DNA of 64,000 bases from Macrostomum hystrix (lineage: Eukaryota > Animalia > Platyhelminthes). The DNA lies in contig CATNEN010000034.1 of NCBI GenBank assembly GCA_950097015.1, positions 6,758,001-6,822,000 on the forward strand. Reading direction: 5' to 3'. The notes under the pieces are model-generated. The model did no database searches. It was not told the DNA's origin and worked only from the letters and a program-made list of their open reading frames with translations. Positions 47,601-60,000 of the stretch are shown in pieces. Position 1 is the stretch's first letter, and each line of letters begins with the position of its first letter. Both the position numbers and the translations under genes were made by a program.

Positions 47601-50600
47601 TCTCCAACTGTCTTCTGTCTGTTCCTCTCTCCAACTCTCTTCCAACTGTCTTCTGTCTGTTCCTCTCTCCAACTCTCTCCAACTGTCTTCTGTCTGTTCC
47701 TCTCTCCAACTCTCTTCTGTCTGTTCCAATCTCAAACTGTCCCGAACTGTCTTCTGTCTGTTCCTCTCTCCAACTATCTTCTGTCTGTTCCTCTCTCCAA
47801 ATCTCTCCAACTGTCTTCTGTCTGTTCCAATCTCAAACTGTCCCGAACTGTCTTCTGTCTGTTCCTCTCTCCAACTATCTTCTGTCTGTTCCTCTCTCCA
47901 ACTCTCTCCAACTGTCTTCTGTCTGTTCCTCTCTCCAACTGTCTCCAACTATCTTCTGTCTGTTCCTCTCTCCAACTGTCTTCTGTCAGTTCCTCTCTCC
48001 AACTCTCTCCAACTGTCTTCTGTCTGTTCCTCTCTCCAACTGTCTCCAACTATCTTCTGTCTGTTCCTCTCTCCAACTCTCTCCAACTGTCTTCTGTCTG
48101 TTCCTCTCTCCAACTCTCTCCAACTGTCTTCTGTCTGTTCCTCTCTCCAACTCTCTCCAACTGTCTTCTGTCTGTTCCTCTCTCCAACTCTCTCCAACTG
48201 TCTTCTGTCTGTTCCTCTCTCCAACTCTCTCCAACTGTCTTCTGTCTGTTCCTCTCTCCAAATCTCTCCAACTGTCTTCTGTCTGTTCCTCTCTCCAACT
48301 CTCTCCAACTCTCTTCTGTCTGTTCCAATCTCAAACTGTCCCGAACTGTCTTCTGTCTGTTCCTCTCTCCAACTATCTTCTGTCTGTTCCTCTCTCCAAA
48401 TCTCTCCAACTGTCTTCTGTCTGTTCCTCTCTCCAACTCTCTTCTGTCTGTTCCAATCTCAAACTGTCCCGAACTGTCTTCTGTCTGTTCCTCTCTCCAA
48501 CTATCTTCTGTCTGTTCCTCTCTCCAAATCTCTCCAACTGTCTTCTGTCTGTTCCTCTCTCCAACTCTCTCCAACTGTCTTCTGTCTGTTCCTCTCTCCA
48601 ACTGTCTCCAACTATCTTCTGTCGGTTCCTCTCTCCAACTCTCTCCAACTGTCTTCTGTCTGTTCCTCTCTCCAACTCTCTCCAACTGTCTTCTGTCTGT
48701 TCCTCTCTCCAACTCTCTCCAACTGTCTTCTGTCTGTTCCTCTCTCCAACTCTCTCCAACTGTCTTCTGTCTGTTCCTCTCTCCAACTGTCTCCAACTAT
48801 CTTCTGTCTGTTCCTCTCTCCAACTCTCTCCAACTGTCTTCTGTCTGTTCCTCACTCCAACTGTCTTCTGTCTGTTCCTCTCTCCAACTGTCTCCAACTG
48901 TCTTCTGTCTGTTCCTCTCTCCAACTCTCTCCAACTGTCTTCTGTCTGTTCCTCTCTCCAACTCTCTCCAACTATCTTCTGTCTGTTCCTCTCTCCAACT
49001 CTCTCCAACTGTCTTCTGTCTGTTCCTCTCTCCAACTCTCTCCAACTGTCTTCTGTCTGTTCCTCTCTCCAACTCTCTCCAACTGTCTTCTGTCTGTTCC
49101 TCTCTCCAACTCTCTCCAACTGTCTTCTGTCTGTTCCTCTCTCCAACTCTCTCCAACTGTCTTCTGTCTGTTCCTCTCTCCAACTCTCTCCAACTGTCTT
49201 CTGTCTGTTCCTCTCTCTAACTCTCTTCTGTCTGTTCCAATCTCAAACTGTCCCGAACTGTCTTCTGTCTGTTCCTCTCTCCAACTATCTTCTGTCTGTT
49301 CCTCTCTCCAAATCTCTCCAACTGTCTTCTGTCTGTTCCTCTCTCCAACTCTCTTCTGTCTGTTCCAATCTCAAACTGTCCCGAACTGTCTTCTGTCTGT
49401 TCCTCTCTCCAACTGTCTTCTGTCTGTTCCTCTCTCCAAATCTCTCCAACTGTCTTCTGTCTGTTCCTCTCTCCAACTCTCTCCAACTATCTTCTGTCTG
49501 TTCCTCTCTCCAACTGTCTCCAACTATCTTCTGTCTGTTCCTCTCTCCAAATCTCTCCAACTGTCTTCTGTCTGTTCCTCTCTCCAACTCTCTCCAACTG
49601 TCTTCTGTCTGTTCCTCTCTCCAACTCTCTCCAACTGTCTTCTGTCTGTTCCTCTCTCCAACTCTCTCCAACTGTCTTCTGTCTGTTCCTCTCTCCAACT
49701 CTCTCCAACTGTCTTCTGTCTGTTCCTCTCTCCAACTCTCTCCAACTGTCTTCTGTCTGTTCCTCTCTCCAACTCTCTTCTGTCTGTTCCAATCTCAAAC
49801 TGTCCCGAACTGTCTTCTGTCTGTTCCTCTCTCCAACTATCTTCTGTCTGTTCCTCTCTCCAACTATCTTCTGTCTGTTCCTCTCTCCAAATCTCTCCAA
49901 CTGTCTTCTGTCTGTTCCTCTCTCCAACTCTCTTCTGTCTGTTCCAATCTCAAACTGTCCCGAACTGTCTTCTGTCTGTTCCTCTCTCCAACTATCTTCT
50001 GTCTGTTCCTCTCTCCAAATCTCTCCAACTGTCTTCTGTCTGTTCCTCTCTCCAACTCTCTCCAACTATCTTCTGTCTGTTCCTCTCTCCAACTGTCTCC
50101 AACTATCTTCTGTCTGTTCCTCTCTCCAAATCTCTCCAACTGTCTTCTGTCTGTTCCTCTCTCCAACTCTCTCCAACTGTCTTCTGTCTGTTCCTCTCTC
50201 CAACTCTCTCCAACTGTCTTCTGTCTGTTCCTCTCTCCAACTCTCTCCAACTGTCTTCTGTCTGTTCCTCTCTCCAACTCTCTCCAACTGTCTTCTGTCT
50301 GTTCCTCTCTCCAACTCTCTTCTGTCTGTTCCAATCTCAAACTGTCCCGAACTGTCTTCTGTCTGTTCCTCTCTCCAACTATCTTCTGTCTGTTCCTCTC
50401 TCCAACTGTCTTCTGTCTGTTCCAATCTCAAACTGTCCCGAACTGTCTTCTGTCTGTTCCTCTCTCCAACTATCTTTTGTCTGTTCCTCTCTCCAACTAT
50501 CTTCTGTCTGTTCCTCTCTCCAAATCTCTCCAACTGTCTTCGGTCTGTTCCTCTCTCCAACTGTCTTCTGTCTGTTCCTCTCTCCAACTGTCTTCTGTCT

Positions 50601-52960
50601 GTTCCTCACTCCAACTGTCTTCTGTCTGTTCCTCTCTCCAACTCTCTCCAACTGTCTTCTGTCTGTTCCTCTCTCCAACTCTCTCCAACTGTCTTCTGTC
50701 TGTTCCTCTCTCCAACTCTCTCCAACTGTCTTCTGTCTGTTCCTCTCTCCAACTCTCTCCAACTGTCTTCTGTCTGTTCCTCTCTCCAACTCTCTCCAAC
50801 TGTCTTCTGTCTGTTCCTTTCTCCAAATCTCTCCAACTGTCTTCTGTCTGTTCCTCTCTCCAACTCTCTTCTGTCTGTTCCAATCTCAAACTGTCCCGAA
50901 CTGTCTTCTGTCTGTTCCTCTCTCCAACTATCTTCTGTCTGTTCCTCTCTCCAACTCTCTTCTGTCTGTTCCAATCTCAAACTGTCCCGAACTGTCTTCT
51001 GTCTGTTCCTCTCTCCAACTATCTTCTGTCTGTTCCTCTCTCCAAATCTCTCCAACTGTCTTCTGTCTGTTCCTCTCTCCAACTCTCTTCTGTCTGTTCC
51101 AATCTCAAACTGTCCCGAACTGTCTTCTGTCTGTTCCTCTCTCCAACTATCTTCTGTCTGTTCCTCTCTCCAAATCTCTCCAACTGTCTTCTGTCTGTTC
51201 CTCTCTCCAACTCTCTTCTGTCTGTTCCAATCTCAAACTGTCCCGAACTGTCTTCTGTCTGTTCCTCTCTCCAACTATCTTCTGTCTGTTCCTCTCTCCA
51301 ACTCTCTTCTGTCTGTTCCAATCTCAAACTGTCCCGAACTGTCTCTGTCTGTTCCTCTCTCCAACTATCGTCTGTCTGTTCCTCTCTCCAAATCTCCCCT
51401 TCCCCCCCCCCCCCCCCCTCTCCTGTCTGTTCCTATCTCCAACTTCTCTGTCTGTTCCTCTCTCCAACTCTCTTCTGTCTGTTCCAATCTCAAACTGTCC
51501 CGAACTGTCTTCTGTCTGTTCCTCTCTCCAACTATCTTCTGTCTGTTCCTCTCTCCAACTCTCTCCAACTGTCTTCTGTCTGTTCCTCTCTCACAACTGT
51601 CTCCAACTATCTTCTGTCTGTTCCTCTCTCCAACTCTCTCCAACTGTCTTCTGTCTGTTCCTCTCTCCAACTCTCTCCAACTGTCTTCTGTCTGTTCCTC
51701 TCTCCAACTGTCTTCTGTCTGTTCCTCTCTCCAACTCTCTCCAACTGTCTTCTGTCTGTTCCTCTCCTCCAAATCTCTCCAACTGTCTTCTGTCTGTTCC
51801 TCTCTCCAAACTCTCTCCAACTCTCTTCTGTCTGTTCCAATCTCAAACTGTCCCGAACTGTCTTCTGTCTGTTCCTCTCTCCAACTATCTTCTGTCTGTT
51901 CCTCTCTCCAAATCTCTCCACTGTCTTCTGTCTGTTCCTCTCTCCAACTCTCTTCTGTCTGTTCCAATCTCAAACTGTCCCGAACTGTCTTCTGTCTGTT
52001 CCTCTCTCCAACTATCTTCTGTCTGTTCCTCTCTCCAACTCTCTTCTGTCTGTTCCAATCTCAAACTGTCCCGAACTGTCTTCTGTCTGTTCCTCTCTCC
52101 AACTATCTTCTGTCTGTTCCTCTCTCCAAATCTCTCCAACTGTCTTCTGTCTGTTCCTCTCTCCAACTCTCTTCTGTCTGTTCCAATCTCAAACTGTCCC
52201 GAACTGTCTTCTGTCTGTTCCTCTCTCCAACTATCTTCTGTCTGTTCCTCTCTCCAACTCTCTCCAACTGTCTTCTGTCTGTTCCTCTCTCCAACTGTCT
52301 CCAACTATCTTCTGTCTGTTCCTCTCTCCAACTCTCTCCAACTGTCTTCTGTCTGTTCCTCTCTCCAACTCTCTCCAACTGTCTTCTGTCTGTTCCTCTC
52401 TCCAACTGTCTTCTGTCTGTTCCTCTCTCCAACTCTCTCCAACTGTCTTCTGTCTGTTCCTCTCTCCAAATCTCTCCAACTGTCTTCTGTCTGTTCCTCT
52501 CTCCAACTCTCTTCTGTCTGTTCCAATCTCAAACTGTCCCGAACTGTCTTCTGTCTGTTCCTCTCTCCAACTATCTTCTGTCTGTTCCTCTCTCCAAATC
52601 TCTCCAACTGTCTTCTGTCTGTTCCTCTCTCCAACTGTCTTCTGTCTGTTCCAATCTCAAACTGTCCCGAACTGTCTTCTGTCTGTTCCTCTCTCCAACT
52701 ATCTTCTGTCTGTTCCTCTCTCCAAATCTCTCCAACTGTCTTCTGTCTGTTCCTCTCTCCAACTGTCTTCTGTCTGTTCCTCACTCCAACTGTCTTCTGT
52801 CTGTTCCTCACTCCAACTGTCTTCTGTCTGTTCCTCTCTCCAACTGTCTTCTGTATGTTCCTCTCTCCAACTATCTTCTGTCTGTTTCTCTCTCCAACTA
52901 TCTTCTGTCTGTTCCTCTCTCCAACTGTCTTCTGTCTGTTCCTCACTCCAACTGCCTCCA
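44628..52960. repeat. 8.3-kb pyrimidine-rich satellite (27-bp ctgtcttctgtctgttcctctctccaa plus 10-bp and 37-bp variants)
   Basis: Read directly; produces the spurious 2830-aa ORF. Confidence 0.98.
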
Positions 52961-53229
52961 TCTGTCTTCTGTTTGCCTCCCCTAGACACTATCTTTCTAT
53001 TGGAATGAGCATTAAACTGTCAATTACTTTTTACGTTCTTCTACCTAAGAAAAAACATTTAATTTTTTGTAACTTTGTATATTAATAAAAAATAGTACAT
53101 TTTTCTGATTTTCATTCTGATTTCTGAACAGTAACAATATTAAGATAGGTAAAATTTCTACAAAGCACATCACATAATTCATTCATAGAGAATAAAAGCT
53201 ACATTTGCATTTTGAAGATAGCGCGCAGT

Positions 53230-54339
53230 CTACAATGAAATCCAGAGCATTGTGATGAAAACTGCGGCAGCAGCGATTGTGGCAAGCTGTACCGAGCCGG
53301 CCAATCCTTGGGCGGAATTGCACAAGTTTTTGTCGTTACAGCAATACATTCCGTTTCCGTTAGAGTCCACAGACTTTGTGCACGAGTCCAGGCAGGTCCG
53401 GCTGGCGTAAATACCAGATTTGGTTTTCTGAAACACATGCAGCTTGCTGCTGAACCTGGCTTATGTCAGCTATTACCCACATATGTCAGCTATTACCCAC
53501 ATATGTCAGCTATTACCCACATATGTCAGCTATTACCCACATATCTCAGCTATTACCCACATATGTCAGCTATTACCCACACACACAGACCTGCATATGC
53601 CAACTATTACCCACGCACACAGACCTGCATATGCCAACTATTACGCACACACACAGACCTGCATATGCCAACTATTACCCACACACACAGACCTGCATAT
53701 GCCAACTATTACCCACACACACAGACCTGCATATGTCAACTATTACCCACACACACAGACCTGCATATGCCAACTATTACCCACACACACAGACCTGCAT
53801 ATGTCAACTGTTACCCTTATATAATGTCTGCAGCTATTACCCACACACAGACCTGCATATGTCAGCAGCTATTACCCATATATTTCCCATATAATGTCAG
53901 CTATTACCCTCTCACAGACCAGCATATGTCAACTGTTACCCTTATATAATGTCTGCAGCTATTACCCACACACAGACCAGCATGTGTCAGCTATTACCCA
54001 CACACAGACCAGCATGTGTCAGCTATTACCCACACACATATTTGAACGTGTCAGGCCCCTATAAACAGCTACATTTAGAGCAGCGACTCACCCCGCAATA
54101 GATGCAGGAAGTTGCAACGGTGTTTTCACTTTGTTCGAAGCTGTCGCTGCACGAGGTGCACTTGTAGCACTGGACATTGGCCTCCGAGCAATTCAGCAGG
54201 GCTGCAATGTTGTACATGTCCATGTTTCAAGATTACTGTTATAACTATATAAAACAAAAAGTGCATACATACAGATATATTACGCCGTACCTGTCAAAGC
54301 TAGCAGCATGCACAGAAATTCTGAGCTGTAATAATTCAT
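53230..54339 (-). CDS. Ly6/uPAR (three-finger) secreted, probably GPI-anchored protein, about 118 aa
   Basis: Exons 54339-54291, 54201-54092, 53427-53230 (phases 1,0) give MNYYSSEFLCMLLALTALLNCSEA-NVQCYKCTSC...SCIYCG...TCLDSC...CCNDKNLCN-SAQG...hydrophobic tail. This is a signal peptide, 10 Cys with terminal CC-x-CN, and a GPI-type C-terminus. Confidence 0.88.
53460..54040. repeat. 20-bp and about 38-bp tatgtcagctattacccac repeats filling Ly6 intron 2
   Basis: Lies in intron 53428-54091. Confidence 0.92.
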
Positions 54340-57077
54340 TGTTATAGTGTATAGCAGATGATTGGCCTGTTTAATTGCAACAGTTCAGCTAGTGCTAGAG
54401 CAAGCTATTCACAGCAGCTAGACTCAACTTCTAACTTGTGCTAAGAAAGACCTGCAACTGCAAATATATATATACACCATGGAAGTGTGACGAGATGCTT
54501 TTGTGATGGCTCTTATTCTGCCGTACCACCCATACTAATTACCAGCCAAAACTGTTCTGTTTGCTTTTCTACACAGTCCACAAGCCTAGCGGCGTCTTAT
54601 ATATATACCTCTTGTGAGCATATATTGTGCAGCTTTAATTGGAATCTCTAAGTTCTAGTTTTTAATTGAATTTGAATTTATAGACTAGCTCAGGCTGTAG
54701 CCTTGTTCTCATATCATATCTCTCGACCACAACGCTAACTATAGCTGTGATGATTTGTGAAACACTTTTGGCACTAAAAAACTGCAACCGAGACTGCGCA
54801 GCTAATTGCGTTTGTATTCGGCAAAGCGAATAAAGAACTGACGAAAATCATGACTTAAACTTTATTTGAAGTACACATTATTCGAGTAAAATCAAAACTC
54901 TCTAACATTAGATGTCACACATCATTATGATATTGAGCACCTCATGCAAAAGGGATCGACTGTTTGATTGTAGGCTGTTGTAAGTTATGCTATTGCAACT
55001 GCAAATCGAGGCTAACTGATGGCTTGTATAATGTGTACTTTACTCAGGGCCTGCTCTGCGGGCTCTCTGGGTAAAGTGTGTTAACCCCCCACCCCTTCCT
55101 CCGCCTGTGCGCGCGCGCGGGGTTTTTAAGCCGCCCCTCTGTCTGTCCTGCCGTTCCATCTCGCTGCCCCCGCACGCGTGCGCTAAAAATTTTTTTTTTA
55201 ATTTTAAGCGACCTGCTGGCTCGCTGCCATCCGCTTTGTGCTCGCTGCCACTCTTTGTGCGTTCGCCTTGCTCTTTCTAGGGGTCTGGTGGTTAACAAAC
55301 TTTACCTGCAGGATTTTTGCAAAGATTACTAGGAATTACGTATCTCGTTAGGTAGTCCTTGGATTTTTGTCTGTCATCAACCTTTATCTTGGTGGCTAAT
55401 GTAAGTGACAGAGCTGTCTTAGCGGTATTGTCAGCTAGTTTTTAATGTAAAAAAAGTTTTTCTAGTAGGAATTTAGCTCGTTGTAGACAAACCGTTACTT
55501 CTAACATTAAAACACAACCACAATGTGATCATGTACTGTACACTTTTTATTACAACCAAGCACTCTAGATTTACTATTTTATAGGTAAATTAATTATGAC
55601 TTGAATGGACTTTTGCTTCCCTATTTTAAAATGTGCGCAGTCAACTATTCGGCACTTTTTTAGTTGCAGAAATATTGCAGTAATTTATAATATGACAAGA
55701 CTAAAACTGCGTCTGCAGTGAATTCGTCTCTTTAAAAAAATTGTTTTAGCTACGCTAGGCACTATCAAACTGTATGATTGTACATTTCACAAATATATTA
55801 GACCATTGAAAACCTTCAAATGCTTAGTTTAAAACCTTCAAAACCCTCATGCAAATGCAGGGGTCAAACAAAAAGCTGCGTTTGTATAGGGCTGTAGAAA
55901 TATTTAACACTTTCTCATGCCTTGCATGATAGAAAAGTCTTGTTCTGAGTACTTAGTCTTTCATTATACCCTTTGCCGGAATTTAGTTGTATAAAATCTA
56001 AATAACGAGTATTTTTTATTACAAAAATAATGACTATAGTAGCAATTTTGCCATTTAGATGTAGCTTCGTCCATGCGGCTGAAATTCGTTATCATTTTAA
56101 TTTATATAAAAGTGTTAAATTAAAACTTGAATATTAAAAGTAAAACTGTTTGTCCTGTCATTTCTAGTTTTGTAATTAGAAACAATAGAACTGGCTTTTT
56201 ACATACATCTAATGTCAGAATGTCAGAAGAAAGGTACCTTTTTTGGAAGAAATTATAAATATTATTATTTTTTGTTTAAACTTTTTTGTTAGAATTTTTT
56301 TTTGCGCCTAAAATCTGAAAATACCATTCAGTAACTGAATATGGATATTGAGTCTGGAGTAACCCAGACAACTCTCTTTAGCCTTTGCTAGTGGAAACCA
56401 GGAATGGTAGAAATGGCTCGTCAAATTTTTAAAACTATACAATTTGAAACGTAACTAGCATGAGAGAAAAAATGCTGGTTAACAATATAAAATCTTAAAG
56501 AGGAGAAAACTTTAAGTTTTTGTTTTCTTTCATATTTAGGTATTATACTTTAAATTCACTTTTATTAAGGATTACGGATTTTAATATATTTTTCTGGCGC
56601 GAGGGAATAATGTTGAACTTGCTGAACACATAATACCAGTCTTTGAAATGACTCTTTGATATGACTCTTTGGTATGACTCTTTGAAAATATAGTGTTGCT
56701 TAGTATTTTTTTAGTTCTAGCTGAAATGAAGAATGCAGTAAATTATGTTTTATTTAAGTGTCAATAGAAGATTGCAGCGCCATGCAGATCTAAAAAAGTT
56801 AGTCTATACGAGGGCTATAGTGCTGGGGCACACATCATCTAGGGCAGTCAGACTGAAGTCAGTTCTATTTTTAGCAAAGAGCACGCACGCTCACACTCGC
56901 GCACACACCCGCAGCTCGTCAAAAAGCGGCGAGCCTGCAAGCAAGAGTGGCAGGGAACGAAGCAGCCAGAACCAACGAGCCGAGCGATAGCAGCCGTTTG
57001 TCGATAAAGCAGCAACGCCGCCGCCCAAGCAGCAGACGCAGCCGCAGAACTGCGCGGAGGAGGAGAAGAGCAGCGGC

Positions 57078-60000
57078 ATGGCCTGCGCCGTTGAAACACG
57101 GCCAGTGCAGCTGCCGGCTCCACCACCGCAGCAGACAGCAGCGCCTGTGCCGGATCAGCATCATCACCAGCAGCAGGCTCAGGTGCTGCAGGAGATGCTG
57201 TTTGCCTACACAGCCGATGGCAGCGTGGATAAACTGAAGGCGCTGATTAGCCGGCCAGGTGGCCAGCAGCCGGATCTGGACGCTCGCGATTCGTCTAGCG
57301 GCGACACCCCGCTGCTGATGGCCGCCCGGCGGGGCAACCTACCCACGGTACGGCTGCTGCTGCAGCACGGCGTTGACGCCACTGTGCTCAGCCGCGACGG
57401 TGAGTCAGTGTTGGACATTGGCAACAGTCACGTGCGCAAGGCTGTGCTGGATAGACAGCTGACCGCGGATGCTCAGTTTGTGCAGGTAAGTCTGGCAAAA
57501 AATGAAAGATAAAGTTTTTATATTATTAAACTCATGAGCATCAAATACAAAACCTTTCCTGCACCATTAAGGCCTGCTGGCAGGGCTGCCTATCAGGTGT
57601 GCGGCACCACCTGCGCCACCTCACCGAAGACGAGCTGCGCAACGCCCGCAATCGGGATGGCTGCCCGGCCGCAATTCTGCTCGTGCGCGACCTCGAGCGA
57701 ATCGGCCGCCTCACCGAGCAGTTCCGCATCGACTACCGGCCAGCCGAGGTGCTGCGCCTCATTCTCGAGCGCGGCCAGGATATCAACGCCGCCGTGGACT
57801 CGTCGACTGGCCGGTCGCCGTTGCACTTCGTTGCCGCGGCAGCCGGCGGAAGCGGCGGCACCTGGCTGGGAGCCGTAAGGCACGCCAGGCCGCTCCTGAC
57901 GGCCTTGGCGCGAGCCGGGGCGAATCTGGAGGCGCCAGACGCCAGGCAGTACACGCCGCTGCACTGCGCTTGCCTGGCCAAAGCCAGCTCCGCCGTCAAG
58001 GAGCTCCTGGATCTCGGGGCCAGTGTGCGCGCCGCTGGCCTGATGGGCTCGACGCCCCTTCACCTAAGCGCCATGCAGGGCGACGCCGAGTCGGTGGCAC
58101 TTTTGCTTCGTGCAGGCGCCGATCCGAATTCGCCAGACACCAGGCGGACAGACTCCGGTCGATGTGGCGAATTCGACGCGCATTCGCTGCCTGCTGGAGG
58201 GCCGCCCGGATCCACCGGAAAGGCCAGCGGATCGGCCGAGGCGCATTGGCCGATCGCGCACCGAAGTCCCAGAGGTCAAAGCGCCCCCAGCGGAGCCCCA
58301 GCCGATCCGGCTGCCGAGCATCTTCGGCGCCGCGGGGCAGCAGCGTGCAGAAGCTGCTCGAGTACGCGGCCGCAGCGCAAGCCCGCCAACGCTAGCCGCA
58401 GCGGCCGTTGTCTTTCACCGCCATCCATCAGCCCGGTCATCTGACAGTCCCGCTCCGCAGCATTACCGCCGGATGCCTTGGCACAGCCCGGCTCTTGGAG
58501 CAATGCGACAAGACAGCGTGGCGTCAAGTGTCGATAGTCAGCAACTGCCTGCTGACAGCCATCGCGGCGGTGGCCGGAACAGTTCGCGCACTTGCCTGGA
58601 AGACATGGAGGAATCCACCGCGGTCACGCCGCGCTCACTGACTCTGTCGTCATCGTCCTCTGCACCGTCTCTGATGATTGCTGCGACGGCTGTTGCGTCA
58701 CCAACGTCGATTGTAGCGTCGGTCCTCGCAGCCCAGCGCCTCTATTGTGGTGATGAACTCACTCAATCCGATTGCCGAGACCAACGACGAGGCAGCGGAA
58801 GGCGGGTCGCCGCCGCACTCCGCCCGAAGGCCGACCAACGCGGACAGCCAGGCGCCTCGTCAGTCGTCTTCGACGGTGTTCGGCCGCCGGCTGCCGATTG
58901 CCAAAGGTTCGTTGCGCATGTCATCGCCGACTGCCGTAAGCCATGGAGTCTCAGTCGGTCTGGGCGCCAGGAGCAAGACAGAGGCCCAGATTAACCTGAC
59001 TCTGCCGGGGGCTGATCTGGCTGCTACCGCGGCCGCCCCTACGCAGCCCTTGACGCCCGCCTTGCGATCTAGTCGCAAGAACGCTGTCGGCTTAGCGACG
59101 AAGATTAAAACGTCTTCCTTGGCTTCGCCAGCTTCCAGCGAGCCCGAAGCAGAGGCGTCAGCCAACATCGACATCGTGGCAAACGGCGAACCTTCGTCGA
59201 GTCAACAGCCAGCAAAGCTACCCGCGAAACAGCGACAGCAGCCGATATCGGCGCCTAAACGACTTGCCCCGGCACCAGCTCGGAAGCGCGCTGGCGTCGC
59301 TGTCACCCTGCGAAAGAAGCAGCAACAGCAGCAGCAGCAGCAGCAGACTCGTAACGGCCCGAAGAAGGCGAATTCAAGCAAGACCCAAGCGTTACAGCCG
59401 CCAATTATTCAGTCAGACGAAGCCGATGCTCCGGCCGAGGTGTCCGGCGTGGAGTCCGGCCCCGGCTGGCTGGTGACGGCAACGCGAGTCGATGGCGGAG
59501 CCGGCGTCCAACTGCTGGCTGCGCAGTCACCTGCGGCGGTGGCGGCGGCGCCCGCCCTGAGCCCCTACCCGGTGCTGCGCTCCATTGGCTGCGACGATCG
59601 GACACTGCTATCTGAGATCCCTGAGGTGCTCGACGCGGAGCCGACCGATACCGACTGCGACGATGAACAGGCGACGGTGACTTCATCGCCAGTGGGCCGA
59701 ACGCAGCCGGATGCCGTCTTCTTTCCGCCTGAAGTAGCCACCGAGTTTGGCCCGGCTGGCTCGGGTGGTGCCACAGGAGGCTCAGATCCGCTGAACGACA
59801 CCATCTCCAGCGTGTCTTCGGCGGCGAGTGGTCGCGATGGCGACGACGGAGACGGTATCTACTGGCGCCAGGGCCCCAAGCTAGGCTCCGGCAGCTTCGG
59901 CGTGGTGCGCCAGGGACTCACGGAGGCTGGGCGCATTATCGCCGTTAAGCAGGTGCGAATGTTTTATTTTCATGGTGCTTGCTTGCTTCACAGTGCATGA

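Noticed and set aside
51390-51425. Poly-C run inside the large satellite
   Set aside because: It coincides with several single-base unit defects nearby and most likely reflects low consensus quality.
44550-53085. 2830-aa, 868-aa and 843-aa ORFs and dozens of minus-strand ORFs
   Set aside because: They are translations of a stop-poor C/T satellite that is open in several frames, with no domain or splice structure.
55040-55335. GC-rich patch with short ORFs on both strands
   Set aside because: No homology recognised and no splice signals; possibly a promoter or TE end, but unsupported.
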